Made by a program: the position numbers and the translations under genes
Assembly (NCBI GenBank): GCA_963668175.1
Contig: OY764159.1
Location: forward strand, 96,001 to 160,000
Source: Syntrophales bacterium
GTDB lineage: Bacteria; Desulfobacterota; Syntrophia; Syntrophales; PHBD01
Length of the DNA stretch: 64,000 nucleotides
Direction of reading: 5' to 3'
Part shown: in pieces, positions 54,660 to 62,885 of the stretch
How the letters are laid out: each line of letters begins with the position of its first letter
Numbering within the stretch: the stretch's first letter is position 1
Notes under the pieces: model-generated
Told to the model about the DNA's origin: nothing
The model's input: only the letters and a program-made list of their open reading frames with translations
Databases searched by the model: none

Positions 54660-56342
54660 GTGTATTTCGCTAAAGAAGTGCTGGAGAGTTCCAGCGAAAT
54701 GAGGAGAAAGTGGGAAGACGAAGTAAAAAAGACCATTGCCAAGAACCCTGACCAGAAGCCGCGCTGGTCAACCGTTTCCGACCTCGAAATCAGAAGACTT
54801 TACACACCGGATGACATCAAAGACATGGAATTCGACCGGGATATCGGCTACCCGGGGCAATTCCCCTATCTGCGCGGCAATCAGGCCACGGGTTACCGCG
54901 GCAAGTATTGGACGTTCAGGATGTTTTCCGGCATGGGCGATGCCAAGACCACGAATGAACGCTGGCACCTGCTGCTGAAGGAAGGACAAACCGGGCTCAG
55001 CACAGCGTTCGATTTCCCGACGCTCATGGGTTACGACACCGATTCGCCGAAAGCCCGCGGGGAGTGCGGTAAATGCGGCGTGGCCATCGACACCCTTGAG
55101 GATCTCCTGCAGCTGACCGATGGGATTCCCATGGACAAGGTCACGACTTCCATGACGATCAATCCTCCGGCAACCGCCCTCTGGGCGATGTATTGCGCCG
55201 CCGCTGAAATCAGGGGCGTCCCCTTGAGCAAGATCGGCGGTACCATTCAGAATGATATGCTGAAGGAGTTCATCGCCCAGAAGACCTTGATGTGCCCGCC
55301 GGATCCTTCTGTCAAGCTGGTCAGCGATACGGTGGAATTCGGTACGAAATATGTGCCGAGGTGGAACACTATCAGCATCAGCGGTTACCATATCCGCGAA
55401 GCAGGCGCCACGGCTGTGCAGGAATTGGCCTTCACGCTCCGGGACGGCATGGAATACGTCGAGGACGTCATCCGCAGAAAAGGCCTCGATGTCGATTCCT
55501 TCGCCCCGCGCCTGTCGTTTTTCTTCAACTCCCACATCGATTTCTTCGAGGAAATCGCCAAGATGAGGGCTGCACGCCGGATCTGGGCGAAGGCCATGAA
55601 GGAGCGTTATAAATCCAAAGACCCCCGGTCCTGGTGGATGCGCTTCCATACGCAAACCGCAGGCTGTTCGCTCACGGCCCAGCAGCCTTACAACAACGTC
55701 ATTCGTACCGCAACACAGGCCCTGGCCGCGGTGTTGGGAGGGACGCAGTCTCTCCATACCAACTCCCTGGATGAAGTCCTCTGCCTGCCGTCCGATCATG
55801 CCGTTCAGATCGCGCTCCGGACCCAGCAGATCATTGCCGAGGAAACCGGCGCGGCCAACACGATCGATCCGCTGGCCGGGTCTTATTTTGTGGAAGCCCT
55901 GACCAACGAGATGGAAGAGAAGGCCTGGGAATACATCCATAAGATCGATGACATGGGCGGCATGGTAGCCGCCATCGAAAAAGGCTATCCGCAGTTGGAA
56001 ATCGCCGACGCCGCTTATCTCTTCCAGCGCCAGATCGACGCCGGAGAAAAAATCATGGTCGGCATCAACAAATACGTCACTGCCGAAGAAACCCCCATTC
56101 CTCTGGTGGAAATCGACGATTCGGTGGAAACGCAGCAGATCGAACGGCTGAATGCAGTCCGCAGGAAACGGGACGGCAAGGCGGTCAAGAAGGCCCTCGA
56201 CGACATCAGGAACGCTTGCAAGAAGGGCGACAACGTGATGCCTTTCTGCATCGAGGCCGTCAAGAGCCTGGCCAGCGTTCAGGAAATCTGCGACGTATAC
56301 CGCGAAGTCTACGGCGAATACCGGGATCCGGGACTTTACTAA
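54660..56342 (+). CDS. B12-dependent acyl-CoA mutase large subunit (isobutyryl-CoA mutase-type residues)
   Basis: GQTGLSTAFD, GTIQNDMLKE, ISGYHIREAG, FAPRLSFFF, QSLHTN; no B12 domain; GTG start. Confidence 0.92.
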   Translation: MYFAKEVLESSSEMRRKWEDEVKKTIAKNPDQKPRWSTVSDLEIRRLYTPDDIKDMEFDRDIGYPGQFPYLRGNQATGYRGKYWTFRMFSGMGDAKTTNERWHLLLKEGQTGLSTAFDFPTLMGYDTDSPKARGECGKCGVAIDTLEDLLQLTDGIPMDKVTTSMTINPPATALWAMYCAAAEIRGVPLSKIGGTIQNDMLKEFIAQKTLMCPPDPSVKLVSDTVEFGTKYVPRWNTISISGYHIREAGATAVQELAFTLRDGMEYVEDVIRRKGLDVDSFAPRLSFFFNSHIDFFEEIAKMRAARRIWAKAMKERYKSKDPRSWWMRFHTQTAGCSLTAQQPYNNVIRTATQALAAVLGGTQSLHTNSLDEVLCLPSDHAVQIALRTQQIIAEETGAANTIDPLAGSYFVEALTNEMEEKAWEYIHKIDDMGGMVAAIEKGYPQLEIADAAYLFQRQIDAGEKIMVGINKYVTAEETPIPLVEIDDSVETQQIERLNAVRRKRDGKAVKKALDDIRNACKKGDNVMPFCIEAVKSLASVQEICDVYREVYGEYRDPGLY

Positions 56343-56366
56343 GATCACAATGGAGGTGGTGAGAAA

Positions 56367-56771
56367 ATGGCAGATAAGAAAATTCGCGTGATGGTTGCTA
56401 AACCGGGTCTCGACGGTCACGACCGAGGAGCCAGGGTTTTGGCCAGATGCTTCCGTGACGCCGGCTTTGAGGTCATCTACACGGGATGTCACCAAACGCC
56501 GGAACAAATCGCGGCATCGGCCATTCAAGAGGATGTGGATGTGGTGGGTCTCAGTTGCCTGTCCGGCGCTCACCGGTATCTCTTTCCCGCGGTGGCAAAA
56601 CTGCTTAAGGAAAAAGGGGCCGAAGATGTTGTCGTTGTGGGTGGCGGTATCATTCCCGATCAGGATTTTCAGCTGCTTTACGATGCTGGGCTGAAAGCGA
56701 TTTTCACTCCTGGAGCGACTCTTGACAGTATCGTGGACTGGTTCAAACAAAATGTGCAACCGAGGGCATGA
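56367..56771 (+). CDS. Acyl-CoA mutase cobalamin-binding small subunit
   Basis: KPGLDGHDRGA (DxHxxG), GLSCLSGAH, GGGIIP. Confidence 0.95.
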   Translation: MADKKIRVMVAKPGLDGHDRGARVLARCFRDAGFEVIYTGCHQTPEQIAASAIQEDVDVVGLSCLSGAHRYLFPAVAKLLKEKGAEDVVVVGGGIIPDQDFQLLYDAGLKAIFTPGATLDSIVDWFKQNVQPRA

Positions 56772-56775
56772 CATA

Positions 56776-57753
56776 ATGGAGAGAGTAAAAAAAATAAAAC
56801 AAGGAGACGTAAGAACCGCCTCGCGTCTGATTCGTAATCTGGAAGACGGGGTGGACGATGCGAGGATGACCATCAAGCACCTTTTCCCAATGACGGGAAA
56901 CGCTCATGTCATCGGTATTACCGGTTCGCCGGGAGCGGGCAAGAGCACGTTGGTGGACGGCCTCGTGGAATCCTTCCGTAAGAAGAATAAAACCGTCGGC
57001 GTCCTGGCTGTCGATCCTACCAGTCCCTTCACCGGTGGGGCCATTCTCGGCGACAGGATCCGCATGCAGCGCCATGCCGAAGATCCGGGGGTATTTGTCC
57101 GCAGCCTGGCAACGAGGGGGGCGCTGGGCGGTCTGGCCAAGGCCGTCGGCGACGCCATCCATGTCCTTGACGTCATGGGCAAAGACATGATTCTCGTGGA
57201 AACCGTCGGCACCGGTCAACAGGAAGTCGACATTATCAATCACTCCCATACGGTACTCGTAGTCCTTATTCCCGGCATGGGGGATGAGATCCAGGCCATC
57301 AAAGCCGGGATCATGGAAATCGCCGATATCTTCGTCATCAACAAGGCGGACCGGGACGGTTCGTCCAAGCTCAACCGGGAGCTCATGGCCATGTTGGATA
57401 TGGCCCCTCCATCCACTTTCCCCGGCGGCTGGCGGCCTCCGATCATCCGGGTCGAAAACGCCTTCGAGCCCGTCTCGTTCGGAAGCAGCCTGGAAGAATT
57501 GTCCGATACGATCGACAGGCACTATGATCACCTCGTCAAACACGATCTTCTGGGTTCACGGATACGGCGCAAGACATCGGTCGAGTTGAACGAAGCGATC
57601 AGGACTTGCGTTTTGGAACCGGTTTTGATGAAACTGGTTGCCGAAGGAGAAATTGATCAAATGATCGATCGGCTCCTCAAGAAGGAATCCGATCCTTACA
57701 CACTGGCTGAAGAAGTGGCCGGGCGGTTTCTGAAAGCGGAAGCCGGACGGTAA
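56776..57753 (+). CDS. meaB: Mutase-associated GTPase MeaB
   Basis: GITGSPGAGKST, VDPTSPFTGGAILGDRIRM, ETVG, NKAD. Confidence 0.93.
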   Translation: MERVKKIKQGDVRTASRLIRNLEDGVDDARMTIKHLFPMTGNAHVIGITGSPGAGKSTLVDGLVESFRKKNKTVGVLAVDPTSPFTGGAILGDRIRMQRHAEDPGVFVRSLATRGALGGLAKAVGDAIHVLDVMGKDMILVETVGTGQQEVDIINHSHTVLVVLIPGMGDEIQAIKAGIMEIADIFVINKADRDGSSKLNRELMAMLDMAPPSTFPGGWRPPIIRVENAFEPVSFGSSLEELSDTIDRHYDHLVKHDLLGSRIRRKTSVELNEAIRTCVLEPVLMKLVAEGEIDQMIDRLLKKESDPYTLAEEVAGRFLKAEAGR

Positions 57754-57779
57754 ACGATGCAGCCTCAACCTATTTAACA

Positions 57780-57818
57780 TCAAAGGCGAGAAAACGACGG
57801 TTGTTTTCTCGCCTTTGA
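57780..57818. repeat. Perfect 16-bp inverted repeat between meaB and cobO
   Basis: tcaaaggcgagaaaac ... gttttctcgcctttga. Confidence 0.75.
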
Positions 57819-57838
57819 ATTCATCGAGGGATTTTATT

Positions 57839-58393
57839 TTGAGCGATCTTATTAAAAATACGCTGGAAAAATACCAAAAAGGCCTGATTATCGTTATTAC
57901 GGGCGATGGCAAGGGGAAAACAACGTCAGCCATCGGCCAGGCCGTGAGAGCGGCAGGACACGGAAAGAAGATTCTGGTCGTCCAGTTCATGAAGGGGAAA
58001 AAATACGGAGAAGTCCTCTGCACGGAGAAACATGTCCCCGGCATAAGCATGATCCAGTGCGGGCTGGACAGCTTCGTCATGAAGGACAACCCGGCCCCCG
58101 TCGATATCGAACTGGCGCAGCAGGGTCTGAAAATTGCGAAAGATGCTGCGGCCGCAGGCGAATACGACATGCTCATCCTGGACGAAATCAACGTCGCAAT
58201 GGATTTCAAACTGGTCGACGTTAAGGATGTGCTTCAACTCATCAAAAACAAGCCGGCGGGTATGGATCTTATTCTAACCGGGCGGTATGCCCCGGCCGAT
58301 ATCGTCGACGCGGCCGATACTGTCAGCGAAGTACGCGAGATCAAACATCATTATTCGCAGGGCATCAAAGAAAGGGCCGGAATAGAATTCTAG
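57839..58393 (+). CDS. cobO: Cob(I)alamin adenosyltransferase (CobO/BtuR family)
   Basis: TGDGKGKTT, VQFMKG, ILDEIN, LILTGR, GIEF; TTG start after GAGGGG. Confidence 0.92.
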   Translation: MSDLIKNTLEKYQKGLIIVITGDGKGKTTSAIGQAVRAAGHGKKILVVQFMKGKKYGEVLCTEKHVPGISMIQCGLDSFVMKDNPAPVDIELAQQGLKIAKDAAAAGEYDMLILDEINVAMDFKLVDVKDVLQLIKNKPAGMDLILTGRYAPADIVDAADTVSEVREIKHHYSQGIKERAGIEF

Positions 58394-58419
58394 ATCAGAA
58401 GGAACATGATCGGAAAACC

Positions 58420-59004
58420 ATGCAAAAACCCCAAAAGGCGGGAAAGAGTGACCCAAAGAGAATAATCCTTGCCGATGAAGCCGTCAGGCAAGGCGCAGCG
58501 GCGGCTGAATGGATATCCATCCAGGATATCGTTCTTGACGAACGGGTCCGCCTCAAGTGCCAGATACCTTTATGCGACAGTTACGGCCGCAACCTGATGT
58601 GCCCCCCGCGCCTTCCCGAAGTCTCCAAATTCAGGGAAACGATTGCGCTCTTTTCTCAGGCTTTGCTCGTCCAGCTAGCGGCGCCGCTGACGGCGAAACC
58701 CTCCCGAAGCAGGAAGGAGGTCTACCTGCCGGCCAAGAGACTCCATGCCTTGATCAATCGTCTGGAAAAAATGGCTTTTGAAGAGGGATGTTATTACGCT
58801 ACGGGCCTGATCGGAGGATGCTGCCGTCTCTGCCCGGAGTGTGCAGCCGTCAGGGGCGAGACAAAATGTCGGCATCCCTTCCAGGCAAGACCTTCCATGG
58901 AAGCGATGGGAATCGATGTTATGGCGACCTTAGAAAAAGCAGGAATATCTTGTTCATTCCCGGTCTTGGACCATATCCGCTGGACCGGTCTGCTGTTGAT
59001 TTAG
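58420..59004 (+). CDS. DUF2284 family predicted metal-binding protein
   Basis: RLKC...C..YG...CPP, CCRLCPEC, CRHP..ARPSMEAMGIDV. Confidence 0.85.
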   Translation: MQKPQKAGKSDPKRIILADEAVRQGAAAAEWISIQDIVLDERVRLKCQIPLCDSYGRNLMCPPRLPEVSKFRETIALFSQALLVQLAAPLTAKPSRSRKEVYLPAKRLHALINRLEKMAFEEGCYYATGLIGGCCRLCPECAAVRGETKCRHPFQARPSMEAMGIDVMATLEKAGISCSFPVLDHIRWTGLLLI

Positions 59005-59085
59005 CCGTACAGACGGCCGAATGCCTGGAATTTCGCTTATCAAGCCCGGGAGGGGATTATTTTACCCGGACCTTGCACTTGGAGC

Positions 59086-59114
59086 TTGACTTCTTATCCC
59101 ACATCAACTATAAG
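59086..59114 (+). promoter_or_regulatory. Putative tRNA-Glu promoter
   Basis: TTGACT-17 nt-TATAAG followed by a GC-rich stretch. Confidence 0.5.
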
Positions 59115-59160
59115 ACGCACCTCTTACGGTCCGGCCCCGTCGCGAAGTTCGTTCACGCAC

Positions 59161-59236
59161 GTCCCCATCGTCTAGTGGCCTAGGACACCGGCCTTTCACG
59201 CCGGTAACCAGGGTTCGACTCCCTGTGGGGACGCCA
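59161..59236 (+). tRNA. tRNA-Glu (TTC)
   Basis: GTCCCCA...TGGGGAC-GCCA acceptor, CTTTCAC anticodon loop, GTTCGA T loop. Confidence 0.95.
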
Positions 59237-59368
59237 ATTCACCTCTATGATTCCCCTATATCGCCGGCGACATGCCGCCGTCATCCAGCATATCGATATT
59301 ATGAAGGATTCGTCCCGCTTCGGTATTGATACCAGGTTCAGCTCGCCGCAGATGAAGGTTGTGAAGTC

Positions 59369-60451
59369 TTATCCGTTACTCTTTTTACGGATGAGCATCA
59401 TATGAACCAGGTACTCCATGACGCTGCGGTCGTGGAGTCGAAGCGTCCAGGGAATGTCTTTTTCAGAGATAAGTTCGAGATCGTTGATCGCATTGCCGTG
59501 GCCTCCTCCGGAGAAGAGCGAACGGACCATGGCGGGGCTCGATCCTTTATGCTCGGACCGCTGGGAGTGCCCCCCCAGCCATGCCTCAACCGGAGTGGCA
59601 TTGGCGGTCCAGTCGTACGGGCTGGAAACGGCCGCGCTGCCGCCGGGCATCAGAATTCTACCGATCTCCTTCAGATAGTCGTAGGGCGACCAGACACAAT
59701 CCAGAACGTTAAGGCTTAATGCTGCGGAAAACGTCCGTTCGGCAAAAGGAAGGGCCGTCGCATCGCATACCCAGAAATCCACATGGTCTGCTTTCGGAAA
59801 TGTGACCGGAAATCTGCGGCGGTCAAAGGCAAGTCCTCCCCGACGCAGGGGATAGGATATGTGCCCTTTTTCCAGAATGGCCGCACCCGTCTTCAGCATG
59901 CCGAAATTCAGGTCGACTCCCAGCACGATTTCATCGAGCGCCTCCGCCAACTCAAAACTCGTACGGCCGACGGCGCAGCCGATATCGATCAATGGCCCTC
60001 CCCCGCCGTATTCATCCGACAGGACACCCTGACGAAGCAATTTGACGATCGACCCCGGCGCCACCGGAGACGACGGCCATCCTTCCGGGTCCAGGTCGCC
60101 GTAGTGATCGAACGCATAGGTGCTGATATGCTGGCGCTGCGAATCGAACACCGACCCCGGACCGAAACAGTCCCCCAGGAGACTCTCCATGGTTTCGGTC
60201 AAATCGTCCCGGCATAAGACAGGCAGTACATTATGAGAAATATAGTTTCTCAGGTTGGCGACGATGACGGGGATTCCGTCAATCACCGGATATTCGCTGA
60301 GACACCGGCCGTCGGAACAGACGAGAATGCCCTCTGTGATCGAACGGTTATTCTCCTTGAGGACGGTTTTGATCGTAAGCGCGGATTCCCGCCCCGCCGA
60401 TCGGCATACGGGACACAAAGGCTTCAGTTTTTCGAAATGAAGCGGTTTGAT
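59369..60451 (-). CDS. Class I SAM methyltransferase with N-terminal Trm112-like zinc knuckle
   Basis: CPVC...GILVCSDGRCLSEYPVIDGIPV; IDIGCAVGR motif I, GVDLN, CDATALPF, LMPGG. Start uncertain (ATC at 60451 has the only good RBS). Confidence 0.8.
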   Translation of the reverse strand: MKPLHFEKLKPLCPVCRSAGRESALTIKTVLKENNRSITEGILVCSDGRCLSEYPVIDGIPVIVANLRNYISHNVLPVLCRDDLTETMESLLGDCFGPGSVFDSQRQHISTYAFDHYGDLDPEGWPSSPVAPGSIVKLLRQGVLSDEYGGGGPLIDIGCAVGRTSFELAEALDEIVLGVDLNFGMLKTGAAILEKGHISYPLRRGGLAFDRRRFPVTFPKADHVDFWVCDATALPFAERTFSAALSLNVLDCVWSPYDYLKEIGRILMPGGSAAVSSPYDWTANATPVEAWLGGHSQRSEHKGSSPAMVRSLFSGGGHGNAINDLELISEKDIPWTLRLHDRSVMEYLVHMMLIRKKSNG

Positions 60452-60456
60452 GGGTC

Positions 60457-60840
60457 CTACCCTCCAATCATGACGGTCGGGCATCCGGGGGGAAGAATTT
60501 TGCCCGTAGGACTGGGGATGGGGGCTGCGCAAGCGGCGTGGGCGGTCAGGTCGTTGACCCTGGCCGCGGGGAGGCCGCCGATCATGACGGTCGCCGATCC
60601 CATGACCACGGTGCCGGGGCCTCCGGGCACGCAGCCGGGAACCGTGCACGGCGTCGTGGTGCTTGTCAGTCGCGCGGCGGGCTGGTTACCGATGAGGACG
60701 GTGAACATGCCGGTGATGATCGTGACCGGCACGGCCGGATGGGGCACAGGCGTGGGCACAGGCGCCGCCGGATGGATGGGGGCATGGCAGTGCGGAGCAT
60801 CCTGAAGGACCATATCACCTACGCGGGCGGCAGCCGGCAT
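60457..60840 (-). CDS. PAAR-repeat protein
   Basis: Three motifs PAAARVGD, PAARLTS, PAARVND; His/Cys candidate metal ligands; ends TVMIGG; AGGAG RBS. Confidence 0.92.
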   Translation of the reverse strand: MPAAARVGDMVLQDAPHCHAPIHPAAPVPTPVPHPAVPVTIITGMFTVLIGNQPAARLTSTTTPCTVPGCVPGGPGTVVMGSATVMIGGLPAARVNDLTAHAACAAPIPSPTGKILPPGCPTVMIGG

Positions 60841-60881
60841 GTTCTCTCCTGCAATATAAGGAACCCCAAATCCATTCCGGG

Positions 60882-61268
60882 TCAGTTCAGATGGATGATT
60901 TTCCCTTCGACGCGAACGTCGTCGTCGGACCGAATGTCCATCTTCTCAGCGGAATCCAGTTGCAGACGACCCTCGCTTTTCAGAACCGCCTCTTCTTTGG
61001 CATGGATCCTTATCTTCTTCGCATCCAGGGTGACGGTTTCGGTCGCTTTGATCGAAAGATGGGCCCCTTCCACGGTAATAACCGGCCCGGCATCGGTCAT
61101 GCGAACCGTGAGCGTGACCTCTCCCTTCGGTTCCACAATCTGGATAAGGTCCTCTTCACGATCGGAGCGGGCGACGATCTCCCGGCCCGATTCAAGCTGC
61201 AGCCGATCTTCTCTGCCTTCGGAAACCTTTGCCGACTTGAGTTTCACGACATTCGCTTTCTTGCTCAT
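60882..61268 (-). CDS. Hypothetical protein resembling a short gp5/VgrG C-terminal beta-helix
   Basis: 7-8-residue beta repeats ending in VRVEGKIIHLN; TAAGGAG RBS; directly upstream of the PAAR gene. Confidence 0.65.
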   Translation of the reverse strand: MSKKANVVKLKSAKVSEGREDRLQLESGREIVARSDREEDLIQIVEPKGEVTLTVRMTDAGPVITVEGAHLSIKATETVTLDAKKIRIHAKEEAVLKSEGRLQLDSAEKMDIRSDDDVRVEGKIIHLN

Positions 61269-61319
61269 GGTATGACTCCTTATGGGGGCCGTTTTCGACT
61301 ACTTATTATACGTGTCGCG

Positions 61320-61348
61320 AGTATAAGAAACGGCATACTGCGTGTCAA
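61320..61348 (-). promoter_or_regulatory. Near-consensus sigma70 promoter
   Basis: Minus strand reads TTGACA-cgcagtatgccgtttct (17 nt)-TATACT. Confidence 0.7.
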
Positions 61349-61364
61349 GCAATAAAGACCTGTC

Positions 61365-62699
61365 CTATGCCGCATCCGTGCCGCCTCGTAACCGTTCGAC
61401 GGCAAGGGCCTTATCCTCTGCATTGAAAGAAGCACCGTATCTTTTCAGGTAACTGTCTTCGCGGACGCGGCCGAATACGCGATAATATCGGGCAATGTCG
61501 TCTTTGGTCAGGCCGGGCAGGGTTAAAATCGATTGATCGTCGTCGGCCGCAAGTTCAAGATAACGCTCCGGGAGGTACCCATTATCGCGGCATACGTCGA
61601 AAAGGACCGTCCCCGGATAGGGATAGAAGACGAAGCAGCCGAAATCGTCGGGGGCTATCTGATCGTTCAAGGCGAGGGTTTCTTCGATATCGTTCCCCGT
61701 CTCTCCCGGGATTCCGATCATATAGTTGGTAGTGGCAAGCATCCCCGCCTCTTTGGTCCACCTTACGGCATCGACGAAAAGTCTGCTGTCGCCCGGCCTC
61801 TTCAGGATATCCTCCCGAACACGTCTGCTGCCGCTTTCCACGCCGTAGATAATATGCATGCAACCGGCCTTTGCCAGCATGGAGATGATCTCGGGGTTCA
61901 CCGTGTCCGCTCTGGCGTTAATGGAAAAGCCCGTGCCGAACTCCTGTCCGTAAGATTGGCAGAATTCTCTCACCCAGTTCTTGTTCAGCGTAAAAGTATC
62001 GTCGAGAAAAATAATATAGTTGACCGGTGTATTCTTCCGGAGTTGTCTCAACTCTTCCAGAACCCCCTCAACCGTCCTCCTTCTTATATATTCCTTGCCG
62101 CCATAGAGCCGGCCTATCGCTCCGCCCGCACAGTAGGCGCAGGGAAAAGCGCAGCCTCTCATCGTGCTGACGTGGACCACGCCGTGGTTTTCCTCAAGCA
62201 TGTCGCGGGCCATGAACGGCAGAAGATCGACGGCCGCGGGCGGCCTGATCTCCGGCCGCTCGGAGCCTCTCGCCCAGATATTGGATATCCCGCCGGCAGT
62301 AAGGCCGCGGCCGCTTTCCAGGTAGGTGAGGAGCTCACAGACGGCCTCCTCCCCCTCCCCCAGGCATAGGTAGTCGAAAGGACCGGATTCCAGGACGGAA
62401 AGGGGCGCGAAAGTCGGGTGGAGTCCGCCGGCGATGATCGGAATATCCATTCTCTCCTTGATTTCTTTGGCAACGGAGACGGCTTTGGCAAACTGCCTTG
62501 TGGTCATCGAAAAACCTATCACGCCGGGGGCAGCCTCTTCCACGGATCGGCAAACGTCCCCGATATCGGTGTCCTGCCTGACTCTGAGGAGGGCCGCGTC
62601 ATGGCCGTGCCGGCGGATGTATGATGCGATAAAGGCCGCCCCGATCGAAGCCAGGGCCTGGCTCTGACCGGTTTCAATGTCCAGAAAAAGAATTTTCAT
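61365..62699 (-). CDS. B12-binding-domain radical SAM protein
   Basis: N-terminal B12-binding domain (IGFSMTT, IAGGLHPT, GEGE); RGCAFPCAYC; DDTF, GVESGS, MIGIPGET, YPYPGT. Confidence 0.92.
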   Translation of the reverse strand: MKILFLDIETGQSQALASIGAAFIASYIRRHGHDAALLRVRQDTDIGDVCRSVEEAAPGVIGFSMTTRQFAKAVSVAKEIKERMDIPIIAGGLHPTFAPLSVLESGPFDYLCLGEGEEAVCELLTYLESGRGLTAGGISNIWARGSERPEIRPPAAVDLLPFMARDMLEENHGVVHVSTMRGCAFPCAYCAGGAIGRLYGGKEYIRRRTVEGVLEELRQLRKNTPVNYIIFLDDTFTLNKNWVREFCQSYGQEFGTGFSINARADTVNPEIISMLAKAGCMHIIYGVESGSRRVREDILKRPGDSRLFVDAVRWTKEAGMLATTNYMIGIPGETGNDIEETLALNDQIAPDDFGCFVFYPYPGTVLFDVCRDNGYLPERYLELAADDDQSILTLPGLTKDDIARYYRVFGRVREDSYLKRYGASFNAEDKALAVERLRGGTDAA

Positions 62700-62885
62700 A
62701 TTCCCATGACGGCATCAAATCCCCGGCCGTCTCATGCTTATCAGAGTTTGATGTTCCTCGTATTTATCGTTCAAGAGAGATCTGCCAGGACGTACGCCGA
62801 ACAGCGGGACCGGGCCGGCGCATCATAAAACCCGCCCCTTGCGCGTCCGCCGGGACGCGGGATACGGCATCCCGATATCCGTGCT

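Noticed and set aside
54768..56876. 702-aa minus-strand ORF, and similar long antisense ORFs at 2189-3850, 11345-12646 and 35422-36639
   Set aside because: Antisense shadows of well-supported genes, as expected from codon bias in moderately GC-rich DNA; no protein motifs.
60452..60649. N-terminal extension of the methyltransferase given in the ORF track
   Set aside because: It overlaps the PAAR gene in another frame and reads as Arg/Pro-rich non-coding translation.
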